61,951 nt of DNA, taken from positions 1 to 61,951 of the forward strand of contig DASUCK010000074.1 in assembly GCA_036276095.1 (NCBI GenBank). Reading direction: 5' to 3'. The notes beneath the pieces are model-generated. The model was not told the DNA's origin, searched no databases, and saw only the letters and a list, made by a program, of their open reading frames with translations. This stretch comes from Nonomuraea sp. Its GTDB lineage: Bacteria; Actinomycetota; Actinomycetes; Streptosporangiales; Streptosporangiaceae. A program made the position numbers and the translations under genes. Shown one piece after another: positions 17,082-28,678 of the stretch; position 1 is the first letter of the stretch; every line of letters begins with the position of its first letter.

Positions 17082-17102
17082 CCAGCCCGGGGGAGAGCAG
17101 GC

Positions 17103-17792
17103 TTGCGCGAACGCACGCTGGAACGCGTCAGGAAGCTCCTGGCCAAGGCCGAGCGCACGGACAACGAGCACGAGCGGGCCACGTTCATGGCGGCGGCGTC
17201 GGCGCTGATGGCCAGGCACGGCATCGACAGCCTGCCGCCCGCCGGCACCCGCCAGGTGCCCGGCGACCGCGTCGTCATCCTGCCCGACCCGTGGGCGAAG
17301 GAGAAGGCGCGCCTGGTCAGCCTGGTGGCGCAGGCCGTACGCTGCCGGCCGCTGCTGATCGGGCGGGGCGAGGGCGGTCAGCGGGTGCATGTGTTCGGGT
17401 TCGCGGCCGACCTGGAGCGGGCCGACCTGCTGGCCACGTCGCTGCTGCTGCAGATGGCCTCCGGCCTGGCCCGGGTGCGCCCGCCGGAGGGCGTGACCGC
17501 CGTCCGGGCGTACCGGCGGTCGTGGCTGCTGGGCTTCACCGACGAGGTCTACCGCCTGCTGTGCGCGGCCGAGTCGCGCGCCGAGGCGGCGTCGGCGGGC
17601 ACGGGCGCCGAGCTCGTCCTGGCCGACCGCCGCGCCGAGGTGGAGCGCGCCGTCGCGGCCCACTACCCCGACATCAGGATGAGCGTCCCCCGCACCAGCG
17701 GCACCGGCTACCGCGCCGGCGTCACCGCCGCCCGCCACGCCGACCTGGGCCGCACCGGAATGCCCGCCCACGCGGCCCGCGAGCTGACCTGA
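17103..17792 (+). CDS. DUF2786 domain-containing protein
   Basis: N-terminal LERVRKLLAKAE..DNEHE...F...A..LMARHGID, plus YRRSWLLGF and GY.AG..A...ADLG. Confidence 0.85.
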   Translation: MRERTLERVRKLLAKAERTDNEHERATFMAAASALMARHGIDSLPPAGTRQVPGDRVVILPDPWAKEKARLVSLVAQAVRCRPLLIGRGEGGQRVHVFGFAADLERADLLATSLLLQMASGLARVRPPEGVTAVRAYRRSWLLGFTDEVYRLLCAAESRAEAASAGTGAELVLADRRAEVERAVAAHYPDIRMSVPRTSGTGYRAGVTAARHADLGRTGMPAHAARELT

Positions 17793-17890
17793 CCGGAAGG
17801 CCGGGAAGGCGCCGGTCGTTCGGCGGGGTAGGGCCCTTTCCGGAGATCGGCCCGGCGGGGCGCTCGCCTCGGAACAGGCGCGGCGGCCGG

Positions 17891-19522
<1,632 letters not shown>

Positions 19523-19619
19523 GCAGGCCACTTTACAAATCAGTCCCGGCGCGGCGGGTGACCGCACACCGGTGCGGGAAGTACATTCGCGTCAGCCACC
19601 AGAATGGAGTTCTGTTTCC

Positions 19620-20519
19620 ATGCGTTACGGATATTTCCTGCGCGAGACCCAGGGACTCGACCCGATCGGCGACCTCCGCGACCAGATCGCCCAGGCGGCC
19701 GCGGACGGCTACAGCTCCGCCTGGCTGTCCCACATCTTCGGCCTCGACGCCATCACCGCCCTGGCCGCCGCCGGCGCCGGCGGCCCCGGGATCGAGCTCG
19801 GCACCGCGGTCGTGCCGACGTACCCGCGCCACCCGGCCGTGCTCGCCCAGCAGGCCATGACCGCCAACGCCGCGCTCGGCGGGCGGTTCGCGCTCGGCAT
19901 CGGCCTCTCCCACCAGATCGTCATCGAGAACATGTACGGCCTCAGCTTCGAGCGCCCCGGCCGCCACATGAAGGAGTACCTCGACATCCTCGTCCCCGCC
20001 GGCCGCGGCGAGCCGGTCACGTACGACGGCGAGACCCTCAAGGCCGACATCAAGCTCACCGGCCCGGGAGTGGGCTTCCCCGTGCTCGTCGCCGCGCTCG
20101 GCCCGCGCATGCTCAGGCTGGCCGGCACCGTGGCCGACGGCACCGTCCTGTGGATGACCGGCCCCAAGACCATCGCCGGCCACATCACCCCCACGATCAC
20201 GGCGGCGGCCGCCGAGGCCGGCCGCGAGCCCCCGCGCATCGTCTGCGCCCTGCCCGTCTGCGTCACCGACGACGCCGCCGCCGCACTCGACCGCGCGAAC
20301 CAGATCTTCGAGATCTACGGGCAACTGCCGTCGTACCGTGCCATGCTCGACAGGGAAGGCGCCGCGAACCCCGGCGACGTGGCCATCGTGGGCGACGAGG
20401 AGACCGTGCTCGCCAAGCTGCGGGAGCTGGAGCGGGCCGGGGTGACCGATTTCGTGGCCTCCGTGTACGCCGAGAGGGAACGCACCCGGAATCTGCTGAT
20501 CGGCGCGGCGAAGGGCTGA
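19620..20519 (+). CDS. LLM-class (probably F420-dependent) oxidoreductase
   Basis: IELGTAVVPTYPRHP, LGIGLSH and AALGPRMLRLAG. Confidence 0.88.
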   Translation: MRYGYFLRETQGLDPIGDLRDQIAQAAADGYSSAWLSHIFGLDAITALAAAGAGGPGIELGTAVVPTYPRHPAVLAQQAMTANAALGGRFALGIGLSHQIVIENMYGLSFERPGRHMKEYLDILVPAGRGEPVTYDGETLKADIKLTGPGVGFPVLVAALGPRMLRLAGTVADGTVLWMTGPKTIAGHITPTITAAAAEAGREPPRIVCALPVCVTDDAAAALDRANQIFEIYGQLPSYRAMLDREGAANPGDVAIVGDEETVLAKLRELERAGVTDFVASVYAERERTRNLLIGAAKG

Positions 20520-20549
20520 TCGGGAGACATCTCAATAAACTCCGGCAAG

Positions 20550-21155
20550 GTGAAGGGCGTGCTGCACGGCATCGATGTGTCCAACTGGCAGGGGTCCGTC
20601 GACTGGGCCGATCACGCGGACGAGGGAGTGGCCTTCGCCTTCGCCAAGGCGACCGAGGGCGGCGACTACGTCGACAAGTGGTTCGCGCGCAACTGGAACG
20701 GCATGCGCGAGAGCTGGATCGTCTGCGGCGCGTACCACTTCGCCCGCCCGGAGGGCGACCCCATCGCGCAGGCCCGCCACTTCCTGGCCACCCTCAGGTC
20801 GGCCGGCGGGCTGCGTAAGGGCGACCTGGTGGCGCTCGACCTGGAGGCCGGCGACGGGCAGCGCCCCGAGCGGGTCGCCAGGTACGCGCGCCGCTGGTGC
20901 CACTACGTCGAGCGGCACGGCCGGGTGCGGCCCTTCATCTACACGTTCCACTCGTTCGCGAACAACGGCAACTGCGCCGGCCTGGCCGAATACCCGCTCT
21001 GGATCGCAGCTCCCGAAGAGCCCCGCGGCCGCCCGCTCGTGCCCCGGCCCTGGCGCGACTGGACCATCCACCAGTACGCCCACAGCCCCATCGACCGCAA
21101 CGTGTTCCACGGCACCCGCAAGCAGCTGACAAAGCTGGGGTTTGACCCGCGATAG
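20550..21155 (+). CDS. GH25 muramidase (lysozyme), catalytic domain only
   Basis: GIDVSNWQG, KATEG, GAYHFARP, LDLE, LWIA and IDRN. Confidence 0.92.
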   Translation: MKGVLHGIDVSNWQGSVDWADHADEGVAFAFAKATEGGDYVDKWFARNWNGMRESWIVCGAYHFARPEGDPIAQARHFLATLRSAGGLRKGDLVALDLEAGDGQRPERVARYARRWCHYVERHGRVRPFIYTFHSFANNGNCAGLAEYPLWIAAPEEPRGRPLVPRPWRDWTIHQYAHSPIDRNVFHGTRKQLTKLGFDPR

Positions 21156-21221
21156 CATCGGTGTTCACCACCGAAGCAGCGCCGGTGCAGTGCGCCGGGG
21201 CGCGATCCCCAGGGAGTCACC

Positions 21222-23186
21222 GTGTCAGCCGAGCTACGCATCACCCTCGCCGGAGCCGAGCGTGTGGTCGCGGCCGGCACGACGGCCGGGGAGGCGCTCG
21301 GGGCCGACGGCCGCACGGTCATCGCGGCCAGGGTGAACGGCGAGCCGCGCGACCTGGCCCACGTCCTGGCCCAGGACGACGTGGTCGAGCCGATCGAGAT
21401 CGCTAGTGAAGACGGCAGGGCGATCGTGCGCCACTCCACCGCCCACGTCATGGCGCAGGCGGTGCAGGAGCTGTTCCCCGAGGCCAAGCTGGGCATCGGC
21501 CCGCCGGTGGAAAACGGCTTCTACTACGACTTCGACGTCAAGCAGGCGTTCAACCCCGACGACCTCAAGCGCATCGAGAAGCGCATGCGCGAGATCGTCA
21601 AGGAGGGGCAGCTGTTCTCCCGCCGGCCCGTCGGCGACGACGAGGCGCGCGAGGAGCTGGCGGCGGAGCCGTACAAGCTGGAGCTGATCGGGCTCAAGGG
21701 CGGGGCGGCCGAGGAGGAGTCGGTCGAGGTCGGCGCCGGCCAGCTGACCATCTACGACAACCTCGACCCCAAGTCCGGCGGCCTGCGCTGGAAGGACCTG
21801 TGCCGCGGCCCCCACGTGCCGTCCACCCGGTCGATCCCGGCGTTCAAGCTCATGCGCTCCGGCGGGGCCTACTGGCGGGGCAGCGAGAAGAACCCGCAGC
21901 TCCAGCGCATCTACGGCACCGCATGGGAGACCCGCGACAAGCAGGACGAATACCTCAAGCTTCTCGAAGAGGCCGAGAAGCGCGACCACCGTCGGCTCGG
22001 CGTCGAGCTCGACCTGTTCAGCTTCCCGTCAGAGCTGGGCAGCGGCCTGCCGATCTTCCATCCCAAGGGCGGGATCATCCGCAAGGAGATGGAAGACTAC
22101 ATGCGCAGGCGGCAGTCCGAGGCCGGCTACGAGTTCGTCAACACGCCCCACATCACCAAGTCGTCGCTGTTCGAGACCTCCGGTCACCTGCCGTGGTATG
22201 CCGACGACATGTTCCCGGCCTTCGAGCTGGAGGGCGTCGAATACCGCGTCAAGCCGATGAACTGCCCGATGCACAACCTCATCTACCGGGCGCGCGGGCG
22301 GTCCTACCGCGAGCTGCCGCTGCGGCTGTGCGAGTTCGGCTCGGTCTACCGCTACGAGAAGTCCGGCGTGGTCCACGGGCTCACCCGGGTGCGCGGCATG
22401 ACGCAGGACGACGCGCACATCTACACCACGCGCGAGCAGATGGCCGACGAGATCAAGTCGCTGCTGCGGTTCGTACTGAGCGTGCTGCGCGACTTCGGCC
22501 TGGCCGACTTCTACCTCGAACTGTCCACCCGCGACGACTCCGAGAAGTTCATCGGCGACCCGGCCGAGTGGGAGGAGGCCACCCAGGCGCTGCGCCAGGT
22601 CGCCACCGAATCGGGGCTCCACCTCGTCGACGACCCGGGCGGCGCGGCCTTCTACGGCCCCAAGATCTCCGTGCAGGCCAAAGACGCCATCGGCCGCACC
22701 TGGCAGCTGTCCACCATCCAGCTCGACCTCAACCAGCCCAAGCGCTTCGGTCTCGAATACCAGGCGGCCGACGGCAGCCGGCAGACCCCGGTCATGATCC
22801 ATCGGGCGCTGTTCGGCTCGGTCGAGCGCTTCCTCGGCGTGCTGACCGAGCACTACGCCGGCGCCTTCCCGCCCTGGCTGGCGCCCGTTCAGGTGGTGGG
22901 CATCCCGATCGCCGACGCGCACGTCCCCTACCTCCAGGACGTCGCGAAGAAGCTGCGCGAGCACGGCATCCGGGTCGAGGTCGACGCCTCCGACGACCGC
23001 ATGCAGAAGAAGATCCGCAACGCGCAGAAGGCCAAGGTGCCCTACATGCTGCTGGCCGGCGACGACGACATCTCCAACGGGGCGGTGTCGTTCCGGTTCC
23101 GCAGCGGCGAGCAGAAGAACGGCGTGCCGGTCGAGGAGGCGATCGCCGAGATCGCGAGCGCGGTGGAGCGCCGCGTCCAGGTCTGA
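21222..23186 (+). CDS. thrS: Threonine-tRNA ligase
   Basis: TGS domain, HSTAH, DLCRGPH, KPMNCP and MIHRALFGS. Confidence 0.98.
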   Translation: MSAELRITLAGAERVVAAGTTAGEALGADGRTVIAARVNGEPRDLAHVLAQDDVVEPIEIASEDGRAIVRHSTAHVMAQAVQELFPEAKLGIGPPVENGFYYDFDVKQAFNPDDLKRIEKRMREIVKEGQLFSRRPVGDDEAREELAAEPYKLELIGLKGGAAEEESVEVGAGQLTIYDNLDPKSGGLRWKDLCRGPHVPSTRSIPAFKLMRSGGAYWRGSEKNPQLQRIYGTAWETRDKQDEYLKLLEEAEKRDHRRLGVELDLFSFPSELGSGLPIFHPKGGIIRKEMEDYMRRRQSEAGYEFVNTPHITKSSLFETSGHLPWYADDMFPAFELEGVEYRVKPMNCPMHNLIYRARGRSYRELPLRLCEFGSVYRYEKSGVVHGLTRVRGMTQDDAHIYTTREQMADEIKSLLRFVLSVLRDFGLADFYLELSTRDDSEKFIGDPAEWEEATQALRQVATESGLHLVDDPGGAAFYGPKISVQAKDAIGRTWQLSTIQLDLNQPKRFGLEYQAADGSRQTPVMIHRALFGSVERFLGVLTEHYAGAFPPWLAPVQVVGIPIADAHVPYLQDVAKKLREHGIRVEVDASDDRMQKKIRNAQKAKVPYMLLAGDDDISNGAVSFRFRSGEQKNGVPVEEAIAEIASAVERRVQV

Positions 23187-23194
23187 CGGCGGCG

Positions 23195-23221
23195 GCGCGG
23201 GGCGGGGGTTCCGCCCCGCGC
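23195..23221. terminator. GC-rich hairpin after thrS
   Basis: gcgcggggcgg-gggtt-ccgccccgcgc inverted repeat between convergent genes. Confidence 0.5.
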
Positions 23222-23326
23222 GCCGGTGGGCCTGCCTGGCCCGCGGGCTGTCCGGCGCGCCGGTGCGCCTGCCCGTGCGGCCGATCGGCACCCACCCGTC
23301 ACCGGCGTTCTCCGGGTTTCGGCCGG

Positions 23327-24049
23327 CTAGTACGTGAAGAGCCGGAAGACGACGGCGGGACGGTCGCCGAAGCTCTTGCCCGCCTCGCGGCAGCCGCCCT
23401 CGACGAGGGCGCGGGCGTAGGTCTCCGGGTCCTCGTCGGTGAGGGCCTCAATGTACGCGCGGTGCTCCATGAGGGAACGCACGCCGCGGTCGAGGCCGTC
23501 GGTGACGTCCACGGCGTGGGTGGGGGACTCGGAGCCCATGACGGCGACCCAGCGGACGCCTTTCCAGGGCTCGGCCTCAGTGTCCGGAAAAATCCATCGG
23601 TTTCCGGCGTCGCCGGCGGCGTCCAGCACCGCCCTTCCCACCGCCTTGTGATCGGGTGTCTGCCAGTACGTGCCCCACGTGTCGTCCGGGGAAAAGGTGA
23701 GCACGAGGTCGGGGCGGTGCCTGCGGATGGCGGCGGCGATGTCCTTCCGCAGCGGCAGGCCGTACTCGACGACCCCGTCCGGATGGTCGAGGAACTCCAC
23801 GGTCGTCACCCCGACCAGGGCGGCGCTCGCGCGCTCCTCGCGCTCGCGCACCACGGCGCACTCGGCGGGCGCCAGCGTGTCGATGCCCGCCTCGCCGCGG
23901 GTGGCGATCAGGTATGACACCTCGCGGCCGGCGTCGGTCCACTGGGCGACGGCCGCGGCGCAGCCGTACTCGAGGTCGTCGGGGTGGGCGACGACGGCCA
24001 GGGCGCGTTGCCAGTCGTCGGGCAGGGGTTTGAGTTGATCGGTCGTCAC
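23327..24049 (-). CDS. PIG-L/LmbE family deacetylase
   Basis: AHPDD, TRGEAG, R..E...SA and PDH motifs. Confidence 0.92.
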   Translation of the reverse strand: MTTDQLKPLPDDWQRALAVVAHPDDLEYGCAAAVAQWTDAGREVSYLIATRGEAGIDTLAPAECAVVREREERASAALVGVTTVEFLDHPDGVVEYGLPLRKDIAAAIRRHRPDLVLTFSPDDTWGTYWQTPDHKAVGRAVLDAAGDAGNRWIFPDTEAEPWKGVRWVAVMGSESPTHAVDVTDGLDRGVRSLMEHRAYIEALTDEDPETYARALVEGGCREAGKSFGDRPAVVFRLFTY

Positions 24050-24106
24050 GCATCACACCCTAAGGGCCGCGCGGACTAGCATGGCCCGCGGACAACGGGA
24101 GGGCCG

Positions 24107-25096
24107 ATGGGTCAGCAGGACGACGTGACGGCCGTCCGCACCGGTGACCGGGGGGCGTTCGGCACGCTGGTCGAGGCGTACCGGCACGAGCTGCACGTCC
24201 ACTGCTACCGCATGCTGGGCTCGTACGCCGACGCCGAGGACATGGTGCAGGAGACGCTGCTGCGGGCCTGGCGGCGGCGGGAGACGTACGAAGGGCGGGC
24301 CGGCGTGCGGGCCTGGCTCTACCGCATCGCCACCAACGCCTGCCTCGACCTGCTCTCCGGTCCCCGCGCCCGCGAAGTCGCGGCCGGCACCGGCTCGGCG
24401 TTCACCGACGTGCCGTGGCTCCAGCCCTACCCCGACCGGCTGCTCGACCTGGCCGCCCCCGCGCAGGGCGAGCCCGACGCCGTCACGGTCGCCCGGGAGA
24501 CCGTCGAGCTGGCCTACCTGGCCGCCATCCAGCATCTGCCGCCGCGCCAGCGTGCGGTGCTGATCCTCCGCGACGTCGCCGGCTGGCCGGCGGAGGAGAC
24601 CGCGAGCGCGCTGGAGCTGAGCGTGCCGGCGGTCAAGAGCGCGCTGCAGCGGGCGCGCGCCACGCTCCGCCTCCACCTGCCGGCCAGCCGTTCGCAGTGG
24701 GGGCCGGTGACCACGCCGAGCGAGGAGGAGCGGGCGGTGCTGCGCCGCTACCTGGACGCCTCCGTCGCCGGCGACCTGTCGGCGCTCGCGGACCTGCTGC
24801 GCGCGGACGCCCGGCAGACGATGCCGCCGGCGTCCCTGGTGTACGACGGCCGCGCGGCCATCCTCGACATGTGGCGCCCGGTCATGACCGGCCCGGAGGC
24901 GTGGGGCGAGTGGAAGGCGCTGGCCACGTACGCCAACCGGCAGCCGGCCGTCGCCAACTACGTCCGCCGGCCCGGCGAGTCCCGCTTCACCGCCGTCAAC
25001 CTGGACGTCCTGCGGGTCGAGGACGGCCTGATCGCCGAGATCACCACGTTCGGCCCCGAACTGAACGCCGCCTTCGGCCTGCCGGATCTCATCTGA
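24107..25096 (+). CDS. ECF sigma factor with C-terminal SnoaL-like domain (SigG-like)
   Basis: HCYRMLGS.ADAED.VQE, WLYRIATN.CLD, WLQPYPD, LPPRQRAVL and a SnoaL tail MPP...ANRQPA. Confidence 0.92.
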   Translation: MGQQDDVTAVRTGDRGAFGTLVEAYRHELHVHCYRMLGSYADAEDMVQETLLRAWRRRETYEGRAGVRAWLYRIATNACLDLLSGPRAREVAAGTGSAFTDVPWLQPYPDRLLDLAAPAQGEPDAVTVARETVELAYLAAIQHLPPRQRAVLILRDVAGWPAEETASALELSVPAVKSALQRARATLRLHLPASRSQWGPVTTPSEEERAVLRRYLDASVAGDLSALADLLRADARQTMPPASLVYDGRAAILDMWRPVMTGPEAWGEWKALATYANRQPAVANYVRRPGESRFTAVNLDVLRVEDGLIAEITTFGPELNAAFGLPDLI

Positions 25097-25113
25097 GATT
25101 TCTTCCTTCGGAG

Positions 25114-25140
25114 CGATTCCTTTTCCACCGCTCCGACGTC
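25114..25140 (+). promoter_or_regulatory. Possible SigG-type promoter CGATtc-N18-GTC
   Basis: cgattc 25114-25119, 18 nt, gtc 25138-25140, directly upstream of the next gene. It partly matches the mycobacterial SigG consensus as I recall it (CGATGA-N18-GTCNNTA). Confidence 0.4.
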
Positions 25141-25179
25141 ACATGGGCAGACGCGACCCCTACCGGAGAGGAACCGACG

Positions 25180-25638
25180 ATGACCGAGCACACCGAGTAC
25201 CGGCAGGCCGCCATGGGCCCCCAGCCCGACGCCCAGCTGAAGGCCCTGGACCGGCTGGTCGGCACCTGGCGGGTGACAGGCGGCTCCGAGGGCACGGTGA
25301 CGTACCGGTGGATGGAGGGCGGCTTCTTCCTCGTTCAGGACGTGCACCTGGTGGAGAACGGGCACCACACCAAGGGCATGGAGATCATCGGCCGCGAGCT
25401 GCCGTACGGCGCCGCCAAGCCCAGCGACGACATCACGTCCACGTTCTACAGCAGCGAAGGCCACACCTACGCGTACGTGTACGAACTGGACGGCGACACC
25501 CTGACCATCTGGTCCGTCGAAAGGGGCTCCCCGGCCTACTACCGCGGCACCTTCAACGCCGACGGCACCGCGGTGACGGGCGGCTGGGTGTACCCCGGAG
25601 GCGGCGGCTACACATCCGACATGACCCGCGCAAGCTGA
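25180..25638 (+). CDS. Hypothetical beta-barrel protein (DUF1579-like)
   Basis: L..LVGTW, WMEGGFFL, YRGTF..DG and W..PGGGY; RBS ggagagga. Confidence 0.75.
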   Translation: MTEHTEYRQAAMGPQPDAQLKALDRLVGTWRVTGGSEGTVTYRWMEGGFFLVQDVHLVENGHHTKGMEIIGRELPYGAAKPSDDITSTFYSSEGHTYAYVYELDGDTLTIWSVERGSPAYYRGTFNADGTAVTGGWVYPGGGGYTSDMTRAS

Positions 25639-25736
25639 CCCAGCCGCCCGACCCCGCCCGGACCATCGCGGTGCGCGCCGGCCGGGCGCGGGCTCGGAAA
25701 CGCACCCCCTCCGGGCGTGGTCCTATGCTGCTAGAT

Positions 25737-26267
25737 ATGCACGATCAGGCAGGAGCCGGGGCCCCCGACAACTTCGACCGTCTGTGGACTCCGCATCGCA
25801 TGGCCTACATCAAGGGTGAGAACAAACCGACGGGCACCGGCCCCGGCGACGGCTGCCCGTTCGACGCGATACCCAGGATGAGCGACGAGGACGGCCTGAT
25901 CGTCGCCCGGGGCGACCTGGTCTACACCGTGCTCAACCTCTATCCGTACAACTCCGGCCACCTCATGGTGGTGCCGTACCGGCACGTGTCCGACTACGAC
26001 GAGCTGAACGCCGACGAACTGGTCGAGCTGGGTGAGTTCACCCAGAAGTCGCTGCGCGCGTTGCGCAAGGCGAGCGGCGCCCAGGGCTTCAACGTCGGCA
26101 TGAACCTCGGCCACGTGGCCGGCGCGGGCATCGCCGCCCACCTGCACCAGCACGTGGTGCCCCGGTGGGGCGGCGACACCAACTTCATGCCGGTCGTGGC
26201 CCAGACCAAGGTGCTGCCGCAGCTACTTCGCGACACGCGCCAGCTGCTCGCCGACGCCTGGCACTGA
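25737..26267 (+). CDS. HIT family protein (Ap4A phosphorylase-like)
   Basis: LWTPHRMAYI, NLYPYNSGH and HLHQHVVPRW; conserved position after thrS. Confidence 0.93.
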   Translation: MHDQAGAGAPDNFDRLWTPHRMAYIKGENKPTGTGPGDGCPFDAIPRMSDEDGLIVARGDLVYTVLNLYPYNSGHLMVVPYRHVSDYDELNADELVELGEFTQKSLRALRKASGAQGFNVGMNLGHVAGAGIAAHLHQHVVPRWGGDTNFMPVVAQTKVLPQLLRDTRQLLADAWH

Positions 26268-28448
26268 CCCGTCCCGCGTGAGCACGCTGATGCCGGTGGC
26301 CAGCAGCAGCGGCACGGCCAGCGCCAGGGCCATCGACAGCACGGCCGCGCCCGAGTCGTTGACCAGCATGCCGACGACCCCGCTGACGAGCGTGCCGATG
26401 AGGCCCGCCCGCAGCGCGGGGGAGTGCTCGAACGCCGCCGGCACCACCCCGGCCGAGGCCTGCTCGGGACGCAGGATCGCGTACACGAGGAACGCCACGG
26501 CCACGACCACGATCGGCATCAGGTTGGGGCTCAGCAGCGTGCCGAGCATCGCCTGCAGCTTGCGCCAGATGACGTCGAACGCCTCGCCGGTCAGCACCTG
26601 GCCCACGAACCGGCCCAGATGCGTCTGCTCGTCGGGCGGCCGCAGGTAGTTGAGCCAGGCGAACGCCATCACGATCACGCCGCCGGCCACGCAGAACAGC
26701 GCCAGCTTGACCAGCGACACCCGCTTGCCCGACAGGATGAGCGCGGTCACCGCGATGCCCGGCACGAACGCGATCACGCCGCCGAAGTCGCTGCCCATCC
26801 CGGACCCGCCGAGCACCATCGCGGCCGCGCCGAGCCCGACGATCGCGGCCAGCCCGACCTTGCCCGGCCAGCGGTGGGCGATCACCGTGGTGGCCAGCAG
26901 CGTGCCGGTGGCCAGCAGCGCGAACGGGATGTTGCCGAGCCCGAAGTAGCGGGCGCCCTGCTCGGCGCTGTAGCCCATGAAGCTGTTGAGCTGGAGCGTG
27001 GTGCCGGTGAGCAGGTCGCCGGCCAGCGTGACCGCGGTGACTCCGGCGACCACGGCCAGCGGGCCGAGCGGACGCCGCCGCCAGGGGCCGGCCAGCGCCA
27101 GCACGACGATCGCGGCCCACCAGGCCAGCATGCCCCCGAACAACTGCACGTGGGTGGCCCACGGCAGCAGGTTGACCAGGAACGACGTGACCGGCAGGGC
27201 GGCCAGGGCGACGGCGGCCACGCGTACCGAGGGCAGGTGCCTGCGGCGGCGCAGCAGCAGGAAGGCCGCCACGTAGAACAGGACCTGGAGCGCCGCCAGG
27301 GCGGTGAAGTACTGGCCCTTGGCCGAGCGCATGGTCTGGGCGGTGGCGTCGGCGCGCCGCAGGCGGTCGAACGTGGCGCCCGGCTCGCCCACCCGCATCG
27401 GCACGCCCACGACGGTGGCTGGCACGTCGACGCCGAGCCTGGTCAGCACGGTCGAGGTGAGGTCGGGCAGGATCGAGATGTCCTCGCGGCGCGTGGAGGC
27501 GGCGCCGAGCAGGCGGCCCTGCGCGCCCGGCTCGCGCAGCGCGACGGCCCGCAGGTGGGGCACGGAGCCGTGGTCGGAGATGCCCGCGAGGAGCACCGTC
27601 GTGTCGGCGGGCAGGATCGACAGCAGCGCGCCGGCCGTGGCGTCGGCCTGGCGGAGCGCGTCGCGGCGGACGGCGGGGGCGAGCGCCTCGGGCTCCTTGG
27701 GCAGGCGGTCGCCGGTGAGGTAGGGGCGGATGAGGTCGTCGACGTCCATGGCGATCATCGGGCACTGACCGAGGTCGGCGGCGGTGAGCCCGCGCGGGGA
27801 GGCGTGGTAGCGCTGGACCGCGCCCTGCCGGTCGGCCAGGCCCAGCGCGGCTCCGGGGCCGATCGCGACCGCGCACCGGCCGGCGGCCCTCAGCGACTCG
27901 CCCAGCGTGCCGGTGTTGCGCTGGCCGGCCACGTCGACGAGGTAGCGGTAGTCGGGGATGAGCGCGCCCTGGCCCTGCTGCCGCGGGGTGGGGGGCGCGC
28001 CGCAGCCGTAGCCGACGGCCGACCTGGTGCCCGCCGAGACGGTCAGCCACCCGTCGTACGGGCAGGTCACGTTCCCGACCGTGCGGACCGAGAGGGAGCC
28101 GATCGCGCTCGCCCTGGCCAGCTGCCACAGATGGGGGGTGTCGGCCTGGGTGAGGTCGTTCCAGTGCAGCCCGGACACCCCGATGAGCGCCACCCGCTTC
28201 GCGGGAGCATCGGCCCGCGACCAGCCGCCCGCCGCCTGGCTCGCGTCGCCCCGGGACCGCCCGGCGCCGTCATCGGCCAGCGCCGCCCCGGTGACCGGGC
28301 CCTGACCGGGCAGCAGGCCGAGCAGCACCTGGCCCAGCAGCAGCTGGCCGAGAAGAACGGCCAGCACGACTACCGCGCGCCTCACCCCGATGACCTCCCG
28401 CGATCGACGGTGTGCGTGGCGCGGGAAGGTCGCCTCCCGGCGCCACAC
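26223..28448 (-). CDS. Large membrane protein with an exported N-terminal domain and ~10 TM helices (start uncertain, probably near 28390)
   Basis: Signal-like hydrophobic N-terminus, a soluble domain, then a TM bundle with GARYFGLGN, GSDFGG, THLGRF and NDSG loops. Its 3' end overlaps the HIT gene by 45 nt. Confidence 0.75.
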   Translation of the reverse strand: MWRREATFPRHAHRRSREVIGVRRAVVVLAVLLGQLLLGQVLLGLLPGQGPVTGAALADDGAGRSRGDASQAAGGWSRADAPAKRVALIGVSGLHWNDLTQADTPHLWQLARASAIGSLSVRTVGNVTCPYDGWLTVSAGTRSAVGYGCGAPPTPRQQGQGALIPDYRYLVDVAGQRNTGTLGESLRAAGRCAVAIGPGAALGLADRQGAVQRYHASPRGLTAADLGQCPMIAMDVDDLIRPYLTGDRLPKEPEALAPAVRRDALRQADATAGALLSILPADTTVLLAGISDHGSVPHLRAVALREPGAQGRLLGAASTRREDISILPDLTSTVLTRLGVDVPATVVGVPMRVGEPGATFDRLRRADATAQTMRSAKGQYFTALAALQVLFYVAAFLLLRRRRHLPSVRVAAVALAALPVTSFLVNLLPWATHVQLFGGMLAWWAAIVVLALAGPWRRRPLGPLAVVAGVTAVTLAGDLLTGTTLQLNSFMGYSAEQGARYFGLGNIPFALLATGTLLATTVIAHRWPGKVGLAAIVGLGAAAMVLGGSGMGSDFGGVIAFVPGIAVTALILSGKRVSLVKLALFCVAGGVIVMAFAWLNYLRPPDEQTHLGRFVGQVLTGEAFDVIWRKLQAMLGTLLSPNLMPIVVVAVAFLVYAILRPEQASAGVVPAAFEHSPALRAGLIGTLVSGVVGMLVNDSGAAVLSMALALAVPLLLATGISVLTRDGSVPGVGEQLARVAK

Positions 28449-28560
28449 GTCCCGACTACCCTCTCACGAACCGATGAGCACCCGAGCAGCCTTTACGATC
28501 TTCCGCGACCGGTCCTGGGGGACAAGACGGACGCCGAGGTCGTGACGGCCACGACCCCGG

Positions 28561-28665
28561 CGTCCTGTGAACGCGATTGCGTCAACGGGCCCTGTCCACG
28601 AACCCTGTCCACGAACCCTGTCAACGCGTCCCGTCAACGCGTCCCGTCAACGCGTCCCGTCAACG
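28561..28665. repeat. 13-bp tandem minisatellite, ~8 units
   Basis: ggccctgtccacg, aaccctgtccacg, aaccctgtcaacg, then (cgtcccgtcaacg)x3, preceded by two degenerate units. Confidence 0.9.
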
Positions 28666-28678
28666 CGGTGGCGGCCGG

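Noticed and set aside
15700-17890. An intact integrated element around the Spd-like/DUF2786 pair
   Set aside because: No integrase, tRNA target or flanking direct repeats were found by eye.
28561-28665. Tandem repeat as a CRISPR array or DnaA-box cluster
   Set aside because: There are no spacers, the unit is only 13 bp and no cas genes are present. CTGTCCACG has two mismatches to TTGTCCACA, and there is no oriC context.
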